A model generated the notes under the pieces. The model did no database searches. It was not told where the DNA came from and was given only the letters and a program-made list of their open reading frames with translations. A stretch of DNA of 64,000 bases from Candidatus Micrarchaeota archaeon. GTDB taxonomy: Archaea; Micrarchaeota; Micrarchaeia; Anstonellales; Bilamarchaeaceae. The stretch lies in assembly GCA_964588555.1 (NCBI GenBank), contig CAZPPT010000004.1, positions 73,698 to 137,697 on the forward strand, read 5' to 3'. Shown piece after piece: positions 55,385 through 64,000 of the stretch (position 1 is the stretch's first letter; every line of letters begins with the position of its first letter). A program made the position numbers and the translations under genes.

Positions 55385-58300
55385 ACGCCGTATAGTGGAT
55401 GGCTTGGCTTATCTTCGCACAGTCACGCGGTAAGCGGCGAAACGCTTGGGGTAGGCGCACGCAGCCTTTGATCCCAAGATCTGACTGCGCACACCTTGAA
55501 TAAAGGTGTGCAACAACTTCCCGAAATGAAGCATCTTAGTAGGGAATGGAAAAGAAAGCAATTGCGATTCGGTTAGTAACAGCGAGTGAACGCCGAATAG
55601 ATCACACTGAATTCCTTGTAGTAATGCAAGGTAGATGTAGTGGGGATAACCGTTATTCGAGCTGAAGTGGACTGGAATGTCCTGCCATAGCGAGTGATAG
55701 CCTCGTAAGCGAAGAAGAAACGGTATGATCCGTGAAGAGTAGCATGCCCTGGATTGGGCGTGTGAAGATGGGGGTATCAACCTCTAAATCTAAATATGAA
55801 AGATAAGACCGATAGCGAACAAGTAGCGCGAGCGAACGATGAAAAGCACTCCGAAATGAGTGTGAAAAGACCTGAAACTATATGGTTACAGAATGGTACG
55901 GCACACAAGGGTTGACCTTTTCAGAAGGGACTGTCGGCAACGGCAGAATCGATGAAAAGTACCAGTGTTGTATCTTTCTTCTCGAAGCAAGAGCCATGGA
56001 GTTGATCGGCGTGGCAAGGCGAAAGCCGGAGCGAAAGCAATAGCCCGCAAGCAATGAGGGGCAACGTGGTAATACGCGTTTAGTCACTCTGATCAGACCC
56101 GAAGCCATTGTGATCTACACCTGACCAGGGCGAAGCCATTCTGACGAATGGTGGAGGCCCGCAACTACTGCTAGTATATCTGCTTAGGTGAGTTGGGTGT
56201 AGGGGTGATAGTCCTATCGAACGTGGCGATAGCGGGTTCCCTCCAAAATGTCTCTCAGGACAGCGTCCCTCGAGGATACTGCAACGGTAGAGCACTGATT
56301 ACTGGGAACGGCCCCGAAAGGGGTCGCCTGGTTCTCAAACTCCGAATGTTGTAGTTCCGTAGACAGGGGCAGCCGAGTTTCACGGGGTAAGCCTGTGAGC
56401 TTATACGGGAACGACCGTACGTATGGTTAAGGACCCTAAATCCAGACTAAGTGTTAATCGCAAAGGAATCTCCTCTCAAAAACAACCGGGATGTAGGCTT
56501 AGAAGCAGCCATCATCTAAACAACGCGTAATAGCGGACCGGTCGAGAGTGCAGGTTCTGAAAATTCACGGGGCTAAGTCTGGTTCCGATACCATACCCGC
56601 GCCAAAAGCGCATGGAGTAGGGGGGCGATCGGGTTGCACAGAAGCATGGTGGTAACATCGTGTGGAGCAGCCTGATATGAATATCATGGTGTTAGTAGCA
56701 GCATATCCAGGTGAGAATCCTGGACATCTCATAAAGCACGGTTTCCTCAGCAACGTTCGTCAGCTGAGGGTTAGTCGATCCTAAGGTCCATGGTAACTCC
56801 GGAAGACCGAAAGGGAATCTGGTTAATATTCCAGAACTATCGTGGTAGGTGTGGTAACACAAGCAGTTTCTCTGACGCTTTTAGATAGGTAGAGCAGCGC
56901 AAGCTGTCTGTAGGAAGTAACTCTCTGGAGTCTCATTGTGAGGAGAAGGAGATGAAATCCGAAGGGGCAACTCTATTGATTCTGGGGGCCCATGAAAAAG
57001 AGAGCTGAACGATCCGCGATATCCGTACCTAGATCCAGTACAGGAAACTTTTTGGAAAAAAGTTTCATCAAAAAGTGTTCTACTGAAAGGTGCTTTGGTT
57101 GAAAAGACCCAGATGTGGCAGGAGAACTTAGGTTAGGGAACTCGGCAAATTAGTCCCGTACCTTCGGTATAAGGGATGCCTTCGCTTGCGTAAAGCGGAG
57201 GTCGCAGTGACAAGGGGATAGCGACTGTTTATCAAAAACACAGATCATCGCAGAGCCGAAAGGCTGAGTACGATGGTTGACGCCTGCTCACTACAGGTAC
57301 CTGAAAATCGGTTTCAACCGGGAGAAGGGCCTGCAAAGAGCGGGGGTAACTCTGACCCTCTTAAGGTAGCGTAATACCTCGCCGCTTAATTGGCGGCTTG
57401 CATGAATGGCGTAACGACTTTCCCACTGTCCCAACCTAGGACCTGGTGAACTCACTTCCCGGTGAACAAACTTTTTTAGTTTGGTTTAACCGTTTTTATA
57501 CTTTAAAAGTTTCGGCCGATAGATGCCGGGGACTCCTAGAGGGAAACGAAGACTCCATGGAGCTTTACTGTAGTCTGATGTTGTAATAACGGGCTTATTA
57601 CATAGAGTAATTGGGAGCGGTTATGCTGCAGCTTTCGGGTTGCAGATACGCGAAAGTGTAACACCAATTAATAGGTCTGTTATTGCTTACTCGAAAGAGA
57701 ACAGCGTCAGGTGGACAGTTTGGCTGGGGCGGTACGCCCTCGATAAGGAAACAAGGGCGCCCAATGCTATGCTCATTCCGGTCAGAAATCGGAAGTAGAG
57801 GGTGAAAGACAAATGCATGGCTGACTGTATCCTTAAAAGCGTGGGATACAGAGACGAAAGTCGGGCTTAGCGAACCTTGTAGCCCTTTTGATGGGGGCAC
57901 AAGCTGTCAGACAAGCTACCCTGGAGGTAACAGGCTCGTCGCGGGTGAGAGTACACAAAACTCTTGACTCAAAACGAAAATATTAGTCAATAGTTTATAC
58001 ATTCTAGCGGAAGCTAGGGGCTCTAACTTTTGAAGCTTCGGCTTCATATAGAAATTATTCTCTACGGTTAGAGTTTTGGTTGATCCTATAAAATATCTCT
58101 TTACTTTAAGGGTCAATCGTATAAATCGACCCCGCGGTTTGGTACATCGCTGTCGGCTTGGGACATCCTGGTCGTGTAGGAAACACGGATATCCAGTATG
58201 ATTCCCGACGCTGCAGTTTTCTCGATATATGTGTTGGGAATACACTTGGATTTCCGCGTCTATAAGCGGCCAAGGGTTGGGTTGTTCATCCATTAAAGTC

Positions 58301-58655
58301 CCACATGAGCTGGGTTCAATACGTCGCGAGACAGTATGGTAGTATCTCCTAGGAGTGTAGGTTCTTGAGAGTAAGAATGCCTGAGTACGAGAGGAACGGG
58401 CATTCGGCGCCTCTAGTCTACCGGTTGTTATTTAGCACTGCCGGGCAGCCACGCGCCACATGGATAAGATCTGAAAGCATTGAAACTTTTAGGAAAAGTT
58501 TCATCAAAACCGATTACCTAAAAGCTTCGCTTAACTAAGATCGAAGCCATTCTTAAAACTAGGAACCAAAGTCCGCCCATAGCAGATGGGTTTGATAGGA
58601 CCGGGGTGTACGTGTTAAGCGCAAGCGAGACATTCAGCCTACGGTTACTAAAGGA
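55385..58655 (+). rRNA. rrl: 23S ribosomal RNA, archaeal type, not linked to a 16S gene. About 3.27 kb, with several lineage-specific AT-rich insertions.
   Basis: Conserved blocks: GGATGGCTTGGC near the 5' end, GACTGTTTATCAAAAACACAG, the archaeal-signature AAGGTAGCGTAATACCTCGCCGC..GGCGGCTTGCATGAATGG, GGATAACAGGCT, CCTAGTACGAGAGGAAC and GTTTGATAGGACCGGGGTGTA. The ends are approximate. Confidence 0.85.
57956..58125 (+). other. Insertion of about 170 nt in the 23S rRNA at the tip of the helix-89-equivalent, adjacent to the peptidyl-transferase centre. Either an expansion segment or a small ORF-less intron.
   Basis: Aligning to the E. coli block GATAACAGGCTGATACCGCCCAAGAGTTCATATCGACGGCGGTG leaves CAAAACTCTTGACTC...GGTTAGAGTTTTGG...TCGTATAAA inserted between GAGAGTACA and TCGACCCCGCGGT. 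It contains the internal inverted repeat CAAAACTC/GAGTTTTG. Confidence 0.5.
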
Positions 58656-58744
58656 TTATTTCTTACATATCAAAACTTACTTCTGGTGTGTCGTTTCTTG
58701 TCACCTGCTTTTCATAAGCATATTTTATTTCTTTTTCTTTATAG

Positions 58745-59002
58745 TTGGTATATATGTCTCGATTAAAAGCAGTTTTCGTACACGGTCCAGGCGTCCTAAA
58801 AGCAGGCGCTACATTCATTCGTCACGAGATCAAATCATTTTTTGCAGTTGATCTGGGAAAATATGGCTTTAAGAGCGAATTCCAAATGGATCTGCGCATG
58901 GCTAATGATTCCCTAATTCGTCAAATAGAGCTTCGCGTTCGTGTTTTAGACTTTAAGCGTGAGTGGAGCAAAAAAGAGCCAGCAACCGATAAACTTAATT
59001 AA
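58745..59002 (+). CDS. Hypothetical small protein (85 aa)
   Basis: ORF 20 nt upstream of the CDP-alcohol phosphatidyltransferase gene. Confidence 0.35.
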   Translation: MVYMSRLKAVFVHGPGVLKAGATFIRHEIKSFFAVDLGKYGFKSEFQMDLRMANDSLIRQIELRVRVLDFKREWSKKEPATDKLN

Positions 59003-59022
59003 TCCGTTCTCTGAATGATGTT

Positions 59023-59628
59023 ATGCTTAAAAACAGCCCAATCGGCAGGTCAATCTCCAATTCAATTGGAAAAACATTCGGCAATCTGCCCATTGACCCA
59101 AATGTTATCACGATCCTTTCCGTCCTTATGGCAATTTTTGGCTACATTACATGGCTTCCTTTACGTGATGCAAAGATACAATCAATTATCTTTTTTGCCT
59201 TGGCATTTTTCTTTGATGCGCTTGACGGTGCGATTGCGCGCGCACAGAAAAAGGATACCAAACAAGGCGCATTTTTGGATGGGATTGCGGATCGCGTTGT
59301 TGAGTTCTTTTTAGTGCTTACGCTCTTCAAGATATATGCATTTAACGTCGAAGTGCAGTTCCTTTTGCTTAATATCCTTTTCTTTGGCACGTTTATGACG
59401 AGCTTCGTAAAGGCGTATGCCGAACACCAGGGAATGTTAAACCATGAAGAGGCACTTAAGATGCCGGGCATATTTGAGCGTGGGGAGCGCACTATCGCAC
59501 TCCTTATTATTCTTATTCTTGCAAGTTATGAATACTTTTCAGTGATACAACCGCTTCTGTATATTGTCGGTGCGCTTTCTATTATTACGTTTGGCGAGCG
59601 CTTCTGGCACGTATATACACGGAAATAG
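59023..59628 (+). CDS. CDP-alcohol phosphatidyltransferase family protein (archaeal phospholipid head-group transferase)
   Basis: D-G-x2-A-R-x8-G-x3-D-x3-D motif (FDALDGAIARAQKKDTKQGAFLDGIADRV). Multi-TM. Confidence 0.75.
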   Translation: MLKNSPIGRSISNSIGKTFGNLPIDPNVITILSVLMAIFGYITWLPLRDAKIQSIIFFALAFFFDALDGAIARAQKKDTKQGAFLDGIADRVVEFFLVLTLFKIYAFNVEVQFLLLNILFFGTFMTSFVKAYAEHQGMLNHEEALKMPGIFERGERTIALLIILILASYEYFSVIQPLLYIVGALSIITFGERFWHVYTRK

Positions 59629-59642
59629 TAGGTAAGGTTACT

Positions 59643-60221
59643 ATGCGCACTAAAGACAAATCTTCTACGAGCAGTTCCAGGCAACGGCGCCTTATTCGCG
59701 ATCCATTATTAGACATACGCCCGCGACCTGAATTAGTATATTTTGGCCTTGAATACGCCCCGATGTCAGTATACGGCATAAATATAGGTCGTTGTTGGAG
59801 GGTTGCACGAGCCGAGTTCCCCAGCGACCGCCTCGTACTACTTCATGAGGGCGACTTACATATAAGAAAAATGAACCGTGCGATCAAACACATGCCCCTT
59901 TCCGAGTGTGTGCGGCTTCTGCTCGTGCGCCAGGCCCTAACACTTAGCGATTTATTGCGTGATGCGCTTGTTGCAGATAGCACGACCGATTGTGTTAAGT
60001 TTCTTATAGATTTCCATAGTCCCCCGCCCGGGCCGAGGCGCGAGAAACTTTTGTTGGAGTATGGCAGTGCTTCACCCGTGGTATTTAGCCGTACCGGATC
60101 CAATTTGATCCGCGGAATTTGCAAGATAAGTGCGGCAAACACCGCATCCATGATTCGAGATGGCCAAGACCAGCCTCTTGTTATTCAGGCACTTGCATCT
60201 ATTGTCGGCGTTGCGCGCTGA
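59643..60221 (+). CDS. Hypothetical protein (192 aa)
   Basis: ORF with coding-like composition and no recognised domain. Confidence 0.35.
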   Translation: MRTKDKSSTSSSRQRRLIRDPLLDIRPRPELVYFGLEYAPMSVYGINIGRCWRVARAEFPSDRLVLLHEGDLHIRKMNRAIKHMPLSECVRLLLVRQALTLSDLLRDALVADSTTDCVKFLIDFHSPPPGPRREKLLLEYGSASPVVFSRTGSNLIRGICKISAANTASMIRDGQDQPLVIQALASIVGVAR

Positions 60222-60267
60222 ACAAATTTAAATACATTTTTAAACTTATTATAACAATATTTACCCT

Positions 60268-61521
60268 ATGAAAAAGCGTTATTTTTACGACATCAGCCGT
60301 GCAACTAAAGTTGAACCGCTTGCACGGATGCTCAGGCGTTGTGCACTAGTTGACCGACCTACTGGGACGGATTCAAGTCCAGGTATCAGCCTGTGTTCGG
60401 CAACAGGCGTTACAAGTACTATTATTTCACAGTTCCAGTTGCGCGACCGCACTGTTTTTATCGGTATAAACAGTACAACCAACCACGCATTTGATTTTTG
60501 CGGCAGCCCCGCCCGCCCTGACATTATCCCGTATCCGGATAAATTATTGCCCCACGCGGAGGACGCATACTCCTTTTATGTTACGGGTCACGGGAAACCC
60601 GACGGCGTTTATCTTCCTTCTGACGTCAGTTTGCTGAAATTTGCACGGCAGTATCTAAGGAAATTACGCCTAGGTGAGGTGCGTATATACGACGTCCCAG
60701 GCGAGGACATCCCGCTTATAGTCCGTTTTGGGCTTGAGCACCTCGATTGTAAGAATTTTGACCAGACTATCCGATCAAGGTTCATTGCGCAATATCTCCA
60801 CGCACGGGCAGCAAGCAACCTTCTTTACGCGTTTGCGGCAGCATCAACTTCCCGGTCAATTCGCGAATCTGCTGATGGGCTTGAAATCGGGCCGCTTTCC
60901 GAAATTGCGTATGGTCCGCTTCCACGCACCCGTTTTGCCGAGTCTTATTTTGAAAAGGAAGCCGCTATTACGTACTCACTTCCACCCCTTCTTCTTGCGG
61001 CAGCAAGCGCACGCGGTATGGAAATGCCGACAATTAATATTTTGCGCGGGGATCATGAGGGGATCATTTCCAACGCCCGTTCACTGCTCTTGAGGATACA
61101 TCCGGAACAAAGTGCCGAATCGATGGTTTTGCTTGTACGCGAAATACATGAATCCATCTCAAGACTTACGCCCCACCAGAGCGTAGCTAATCCGGTACGC
61201 CCCTCTCCCGTGGTGCCGGCCATGCGGCCTAAGAAACCCGACGCCGTACCGACTAATGTCGTCTCCATCCCCCGCTCGATCCCAAAACCGCAAAAAGAAA
61301 ATTTTATTTCCTTACTTCAAAGGCGTTTCATCGGCAATGCCTCGTGCTTTCTTGAAGCCCTTTATGCTCTTGCAAAGCCAAGTGAGCTTGCGTATGTATT
61401 AGATAAGCCTTCTGCATTGGAGGATATTATCAGGCGTTATCGCGACCCGCTTGAAGCGCAACATTTCGATGTTGGCCATGCACTTGGAGACATGAAGAAA
61501 AAAGGAACAAAAATGGCATAA
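60268..61521 (+). CDS. Hypothetical protein (417 aa)
   Basis: ORF with no recognised domain. Confidence 0.4.
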   Translation: MKKRYFYDISRATKVEPLARMLRRCALVDRPTGTDSSPGISLCSATGVTSTIISQFQLRDRTVFIGINSTTNHAFDFCGSPARPDIIPYPDKLLPHAEDAYSFYVTGHGKPDGVYLPSDVSLLKFARQYLRKLRLGEVRIYDVPGEDIPLIVRFGLEHLDCKNFDQTIRSRFIAQYLHARAASNLLYAFAAASTSRSIRESADGLEIGPLSEIAYGPLPRTRFAESYFEKEAAITYSLPPLLLAAASARGMEMPTINILRGDHEGIISNARSLLLRIHPEQSAESMVLLVREIHESISRLTPHQSVANPVRPSPVVPAMRPKKPDAVPTNVVSIPRSIPKPQKENFISLLQRRFIGNASCFLEALYALAKPSELAYVLDKPSALEDIIRRYRDPLEAQHFDVGHALGDMKKKGTKMA

Positions 61522-62955
61522 TTATTTTTTTGCCATTTGTTCAAGCGCCTCGGTTACGAGGCGTACTCCCATGCCCGTTGCACCGCGTGACAGGTACGCA
61601 TGTTTTTCAGAGATGTTGTCAACGCCCGCGATGTCAAGGTGCGCCCATGGCACGTCCCCAATAAACTCATGAAGGAACGCAGCTGCGGTGATGCTTCCTG
61701 CCTCGCCCGTTTCACTGCCGATGTTCTTGACGTCTGCAAAGTCCGCCTTGTTCATGTCGATGTATTCCCGGTCGAGGGGCATGCGCCAGACACGCTCAAA
61801 TGTTTTTTCACCTGCGTTAAAGAGGGCATTTGACACCTTGTCATCATTACTAAAGAGGCCAATACGGTAATGGCCAAGCGCAATAATGACCGCACCCGTA
61901 AGCGTCGCAAGGTCAATGATCGCCTGCGGCTTTTTTTCGGCAGTATATGCAAGCGCGTCCGCAAGGATGAGCCGCCCCTCCGCATCAGTATTGAGCACCT
62001 CTATGGTCTTTCCGTTGTATGCGGTAATGATGTCCCCCGGTTTTTGTGCGGTTCCTGACGGCATGTTTTCCGTTGCCGCAAACACCCCAAGAAGACGGAT
62101 AGGGAGTTTTAGCTCGCTTACTGCCTTCATGATGCCAAGCGTCGTTACTGCGCCCGTCTTATCGTATTTCATCTGCTGCATTCCCTTTGCCGGCTTGATC
62201 GATATGCCGCCGGAGTCAAACGTGATCCCCTTGCCGACCACCGCGTAAAGCGGCAGGTCTTTTTTGTCCTTGTTATATTCAAGGATTGCAAGGACAGGCG
62301 GCAGTGCGCTTCCCTGATTTACTGCCAAGATCGCATTCATTTTCATTTTTTTAAGGTCTTCCTTGCCATATACGGTGATTGCAAGCTTGTTTTGCTTTGC
62401 AAGGTCGCGCGCAAACTCTTCCAACCTTTCAGGCGTTGCGACATTTGCGGGATTCTCGTTTATGTCCCGTACGTAATTCTGTGCGCGGGCAAGGACCGTA
62501 CCCCGTTCTATTCCGCTTGCGATGTTCTCCTTTGTGAGCACTATTCCTTTTTTTACCTCAAAATAATCGTCCGTTTTGCTTTTGAACTTGATGCATTTAT
62601 AGCTTGCAAGAATTGCTCCTTCGGTAACTGCCTGCGCTGCTTCCTGGGGTGTGCATGCCCCTGATGAAGGGAGCTCGATATGGACGTGCTCGCTTTTGAG
62701 CCCTGTTGCCCAGTTCACTGCCGCACCTGCAAATCTCCGTACATAATCAAGCGTGAACTCCTTTTCTTCTCCAAGGCCGCAGAACAGGTACCGGTTTGTA
62801 TTGTGTACTGTCGTATATATTTGGCCTGATTTGCCCTCAAAGACGCCTTTGTTCATCCCTTCTTTAGCAAACTGAGGGAGCTCTGCACCCTGAAACACTG
62901 CTTTTGCAATGAGTGCTTGTTTTAGTTCCTTTGGCTGCATAACTTCAATTTCCAT
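61522..62955 (-). CDS. pepA: Leucyl aminopeptidase (M17 family)
   Basis: NTDAEGRL signature (VLNTDAEGRLILADAL) and conserved metal-ligand context. Confidence 0.8.
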   Translation of the reverse strand: MEIEVMQPKELKQALIAKAVFQGAELPQFAKEGMNKGVFEGKSGQIYTTVHNTNRYLFCGLGEEKEFTLDYVRRFAGAAVNWATGLKSEHVHIELPSSGACTPQEAAQAVTEGAILASYKCIKFKSKTDDYFEVKKGIVLTKENIASGIERGTVLARAQNYVRDINENPANVATPERLEEFARDLAKQNKLAITVYGKEDLKKMKMNAILAVNQGSALPPVLAILEYNKDKKDLPLYAVVGKGITFDSGGISIKPAKGMQQMKYDKTGAVTTLGIMKAVSELKLPIRLLGVFAATENMPSGTAQKPGDIITAYNGKTIEVLNTDAEGRLILADALAYTAEKKPQAIIDLATLTGAVIIALGHYRIGLFSNDDKVSNALFNAGEKTFERVWRMPLDREYIDMNKADFADVKNIGSETGEAGSITAAAFLHEFIGDVPWAHLDIAGVDNISEKHAYLSRGATGMGVRLVTEALEQMAKK

Positions 62956-63016
62956 ATTGACACCCCAAGAAATAGTTTGTATATAGTATGGAAGGATAAG
63001 AATTTAAAGAAAGAAG

Positions 63017-63958
63017 CTAGTACCGATTTCTTGCCGGACGACCGTATCTTCCTTGTTGTTTAGTGCGCGCTGACAAGGCGTGCCACTCATCACGTGCCAA
63101 TCTAAATGGCCCGCCAGTTACCTTTTGTGCAAGCTCGTTAATCTCGCCGTTTTTTGCAATTATGGTGCGTGCCTCAGCAAGGTTTAGGATAAACGAGGCA
63201 TGTCGTTCGCGGATATAGGCGGCAAGCTTATCGTTATTTGCCATTACCCTGATTTCTCTGTTTTTGCCGTCTATTTCAGCCTCGATCGTTGCCTGAAGCG
63301 GCCCGTTTTTACATAATGCCGTTTTCATTTTCTTTCGGTCTTTACTGTATCCCCCTTCATACTCAAATTCGGGGAGGAATATCCTTCTTAGTGCCGCAAG
63401 GTCAAGGTCTTCAACAGGGCGGTCAAGTTCGATTATGGACATGTTGACTTTTTCCGCACGTTTTTCTTCTAAAAAGGCATCGACTTCTCTTTCAAGGAAT
63501 TCTTTAAACGTTTTATCATTCGTTCTCATCATTAGCCCTTTGCCTACAGCATAATACAGTTCAACATGGGTAGCATCTCGTATATATCGGGTTTCTGAAA
63601 CCTTTCTAAAACCCCGCAAGAATTTTGCTCTAACTTCCTCGAGGATTTCCATGTATTGTTGTAGCCCTATCGGCCGTACTACTTCGTATGTTTGTTCATG
63701 CGTTTTTCCCCCTTCGGTAGGGGCACATTCTACCATTTTGGACTTTTCCCTGCACCACGCACGTGCAAGTGCCCCTGCCTGTTCCTTATGCGCTTCAAGC
63801 GTTTTAATGGCATCAGGGGGGCCACTGACAATGATTTTACCTTCTTCTGTGCGGTCAATGAGGTAAATGCGCCCCTTTGGGCTGGCAATTGTCGCCCCAC
63901 ACCCATCTGCGAGATAACCTTTGCCGTACTCAATACTTCCATTTCCCAAGTAAAGCAT
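63017..63958 (-). CDS. Hypothetical protein (313 aa)
   Basis: ORF with no recognised domain. Confidence 0.4.
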   Translation of the reverse strand: MLYLGNGSIEYGKGYLADGCGATIASPKGRIYLIDRTEEGKIIVSGPPDAIKTLEAHKEQAGALARAWCREKSKMVECAPTEGGKTHEQTYEVVRPIGLQQYMEILEEVRAKFLRGFRKVSETRYIRDATHVELYYAVGKGLMMRTNDKTFKEFLEREVDAFLEEKRAEKVNMSIIELDRPVEDLDLAALRRIFLPEFEYEGGYSKDRKKMKTALCKNGPLQATIEAEIDGKNREIRVMANNDKLAAYIRERHASFILNLAEARTIIAKNGEINELAQKVTGGPFRLARDEWHALSARTKQQGRYGRPARNRY

Positions 63959-64000
63959 GTTTAGTACTGACGCATACCCGACATACGTTGCCCCAAGAAC

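Noticed and set aside
55409-58293. Minus-strand ORFs inside the 23S rRNA (55409..55780, 55878..56108, 56080..56295, 56565..56753, 57598..57900, 57916..58293)
   Set aside because: The region is conserved 23S rRNA on the plus strand. The ORFs are chance frames. No LAGLIDADG-like ORF exists in the rRNA inserts.
1-64000. Possibility that the contig is bacterial, because of the sigma-70 gene
   Set aside because: Archaeal-type 23S signature, eL41, RpoK, Dph2, DUF35, class III pilins of archaeal type, split transketolase and split LplA all argue for an archaeon. The sigma gene is therefore treated as an acquired oddity.

Overview
This 64 kb window reads as archaeal chromosome of roughly 45-50% GC, with the finer lineage uncertain. 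The archaeal call rests on several independent markers: an archaeal-type 23S rRNA, ribosomal proteins uS10 and eL41, RNA polymerase subunit K (Rpb6-like), the diphthamide synthase Dph2, a thiolase with its DUF35 partner, a transketolase split into N- and C-terminal subunits, a free-standing LplA C-terminal domain, and pilins with archaeal class III signal peptides.

In order along the window:
- 1-5315: five or six tandem genes for glycosylated type IV pilin-like surface proteins.
- 5501-6838: an Arch_ATPase/DUF234 ATPase, with a tandem palindromic operator immediately upstream of its start codon.
- 6844-8426: thiolase and DUF35.
- 9564-12839: a NUDIX hydrolase, a coiled-coil protein and a HEAT-repeat protein, followed by a FliA-like sigma-70 family gene. 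A bacterial sigma factor is unexpected in an archaeon.
- 12899-16833: pentose-phosphate genes (rpe, split tkt) and an archaeal phosphohexomutase.
- 16835-22426: a surface-glycan locus (flippase, asnB-like, two GT4 glycosyltransferases).
- 22462-25418: two GC-rich, Asp/Ala-rich secreted paralogues.
- 25626-27439: uS10, eL41, lipoyl synthase and LplA-C.
- 27440-39584: an AT-rich-bounded island. It carries a 506 aa unknown protein, a free-standing LAGLIDADG homing endonuclease (very low GC), a 181 aa unknown protein, and a 2865 aa giant alpha-helical protein with a central glycine-rich hydrophobic segment, co-transcribed with an 80 aa upstream gene. This island is the best candidate for an undescribed system.
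- 39619-55057: housekeeping genes (ligT, NAD kinase, dcd, rpoK, dph2, ppsA), a tandem-Lrp regulator next to a B12-type radical SAM locus, a vapBC toxin-antitoxin pair, an HhH-GPD protein and an RDD membrane protein.
- 55385-58655: an unlinked 23S rRNA with several AT-rich insertions. These include an insert of about 170 nt near the peptidyl-transferase centre and a duplicated 30 nt hairpin element.
- 59023-63958: a CDP-alcohol phosphatidyltransferase, two unknown proteins, leucyl aminopeptidase and an unknown protein.

No CRISPR array or tRNA was found.
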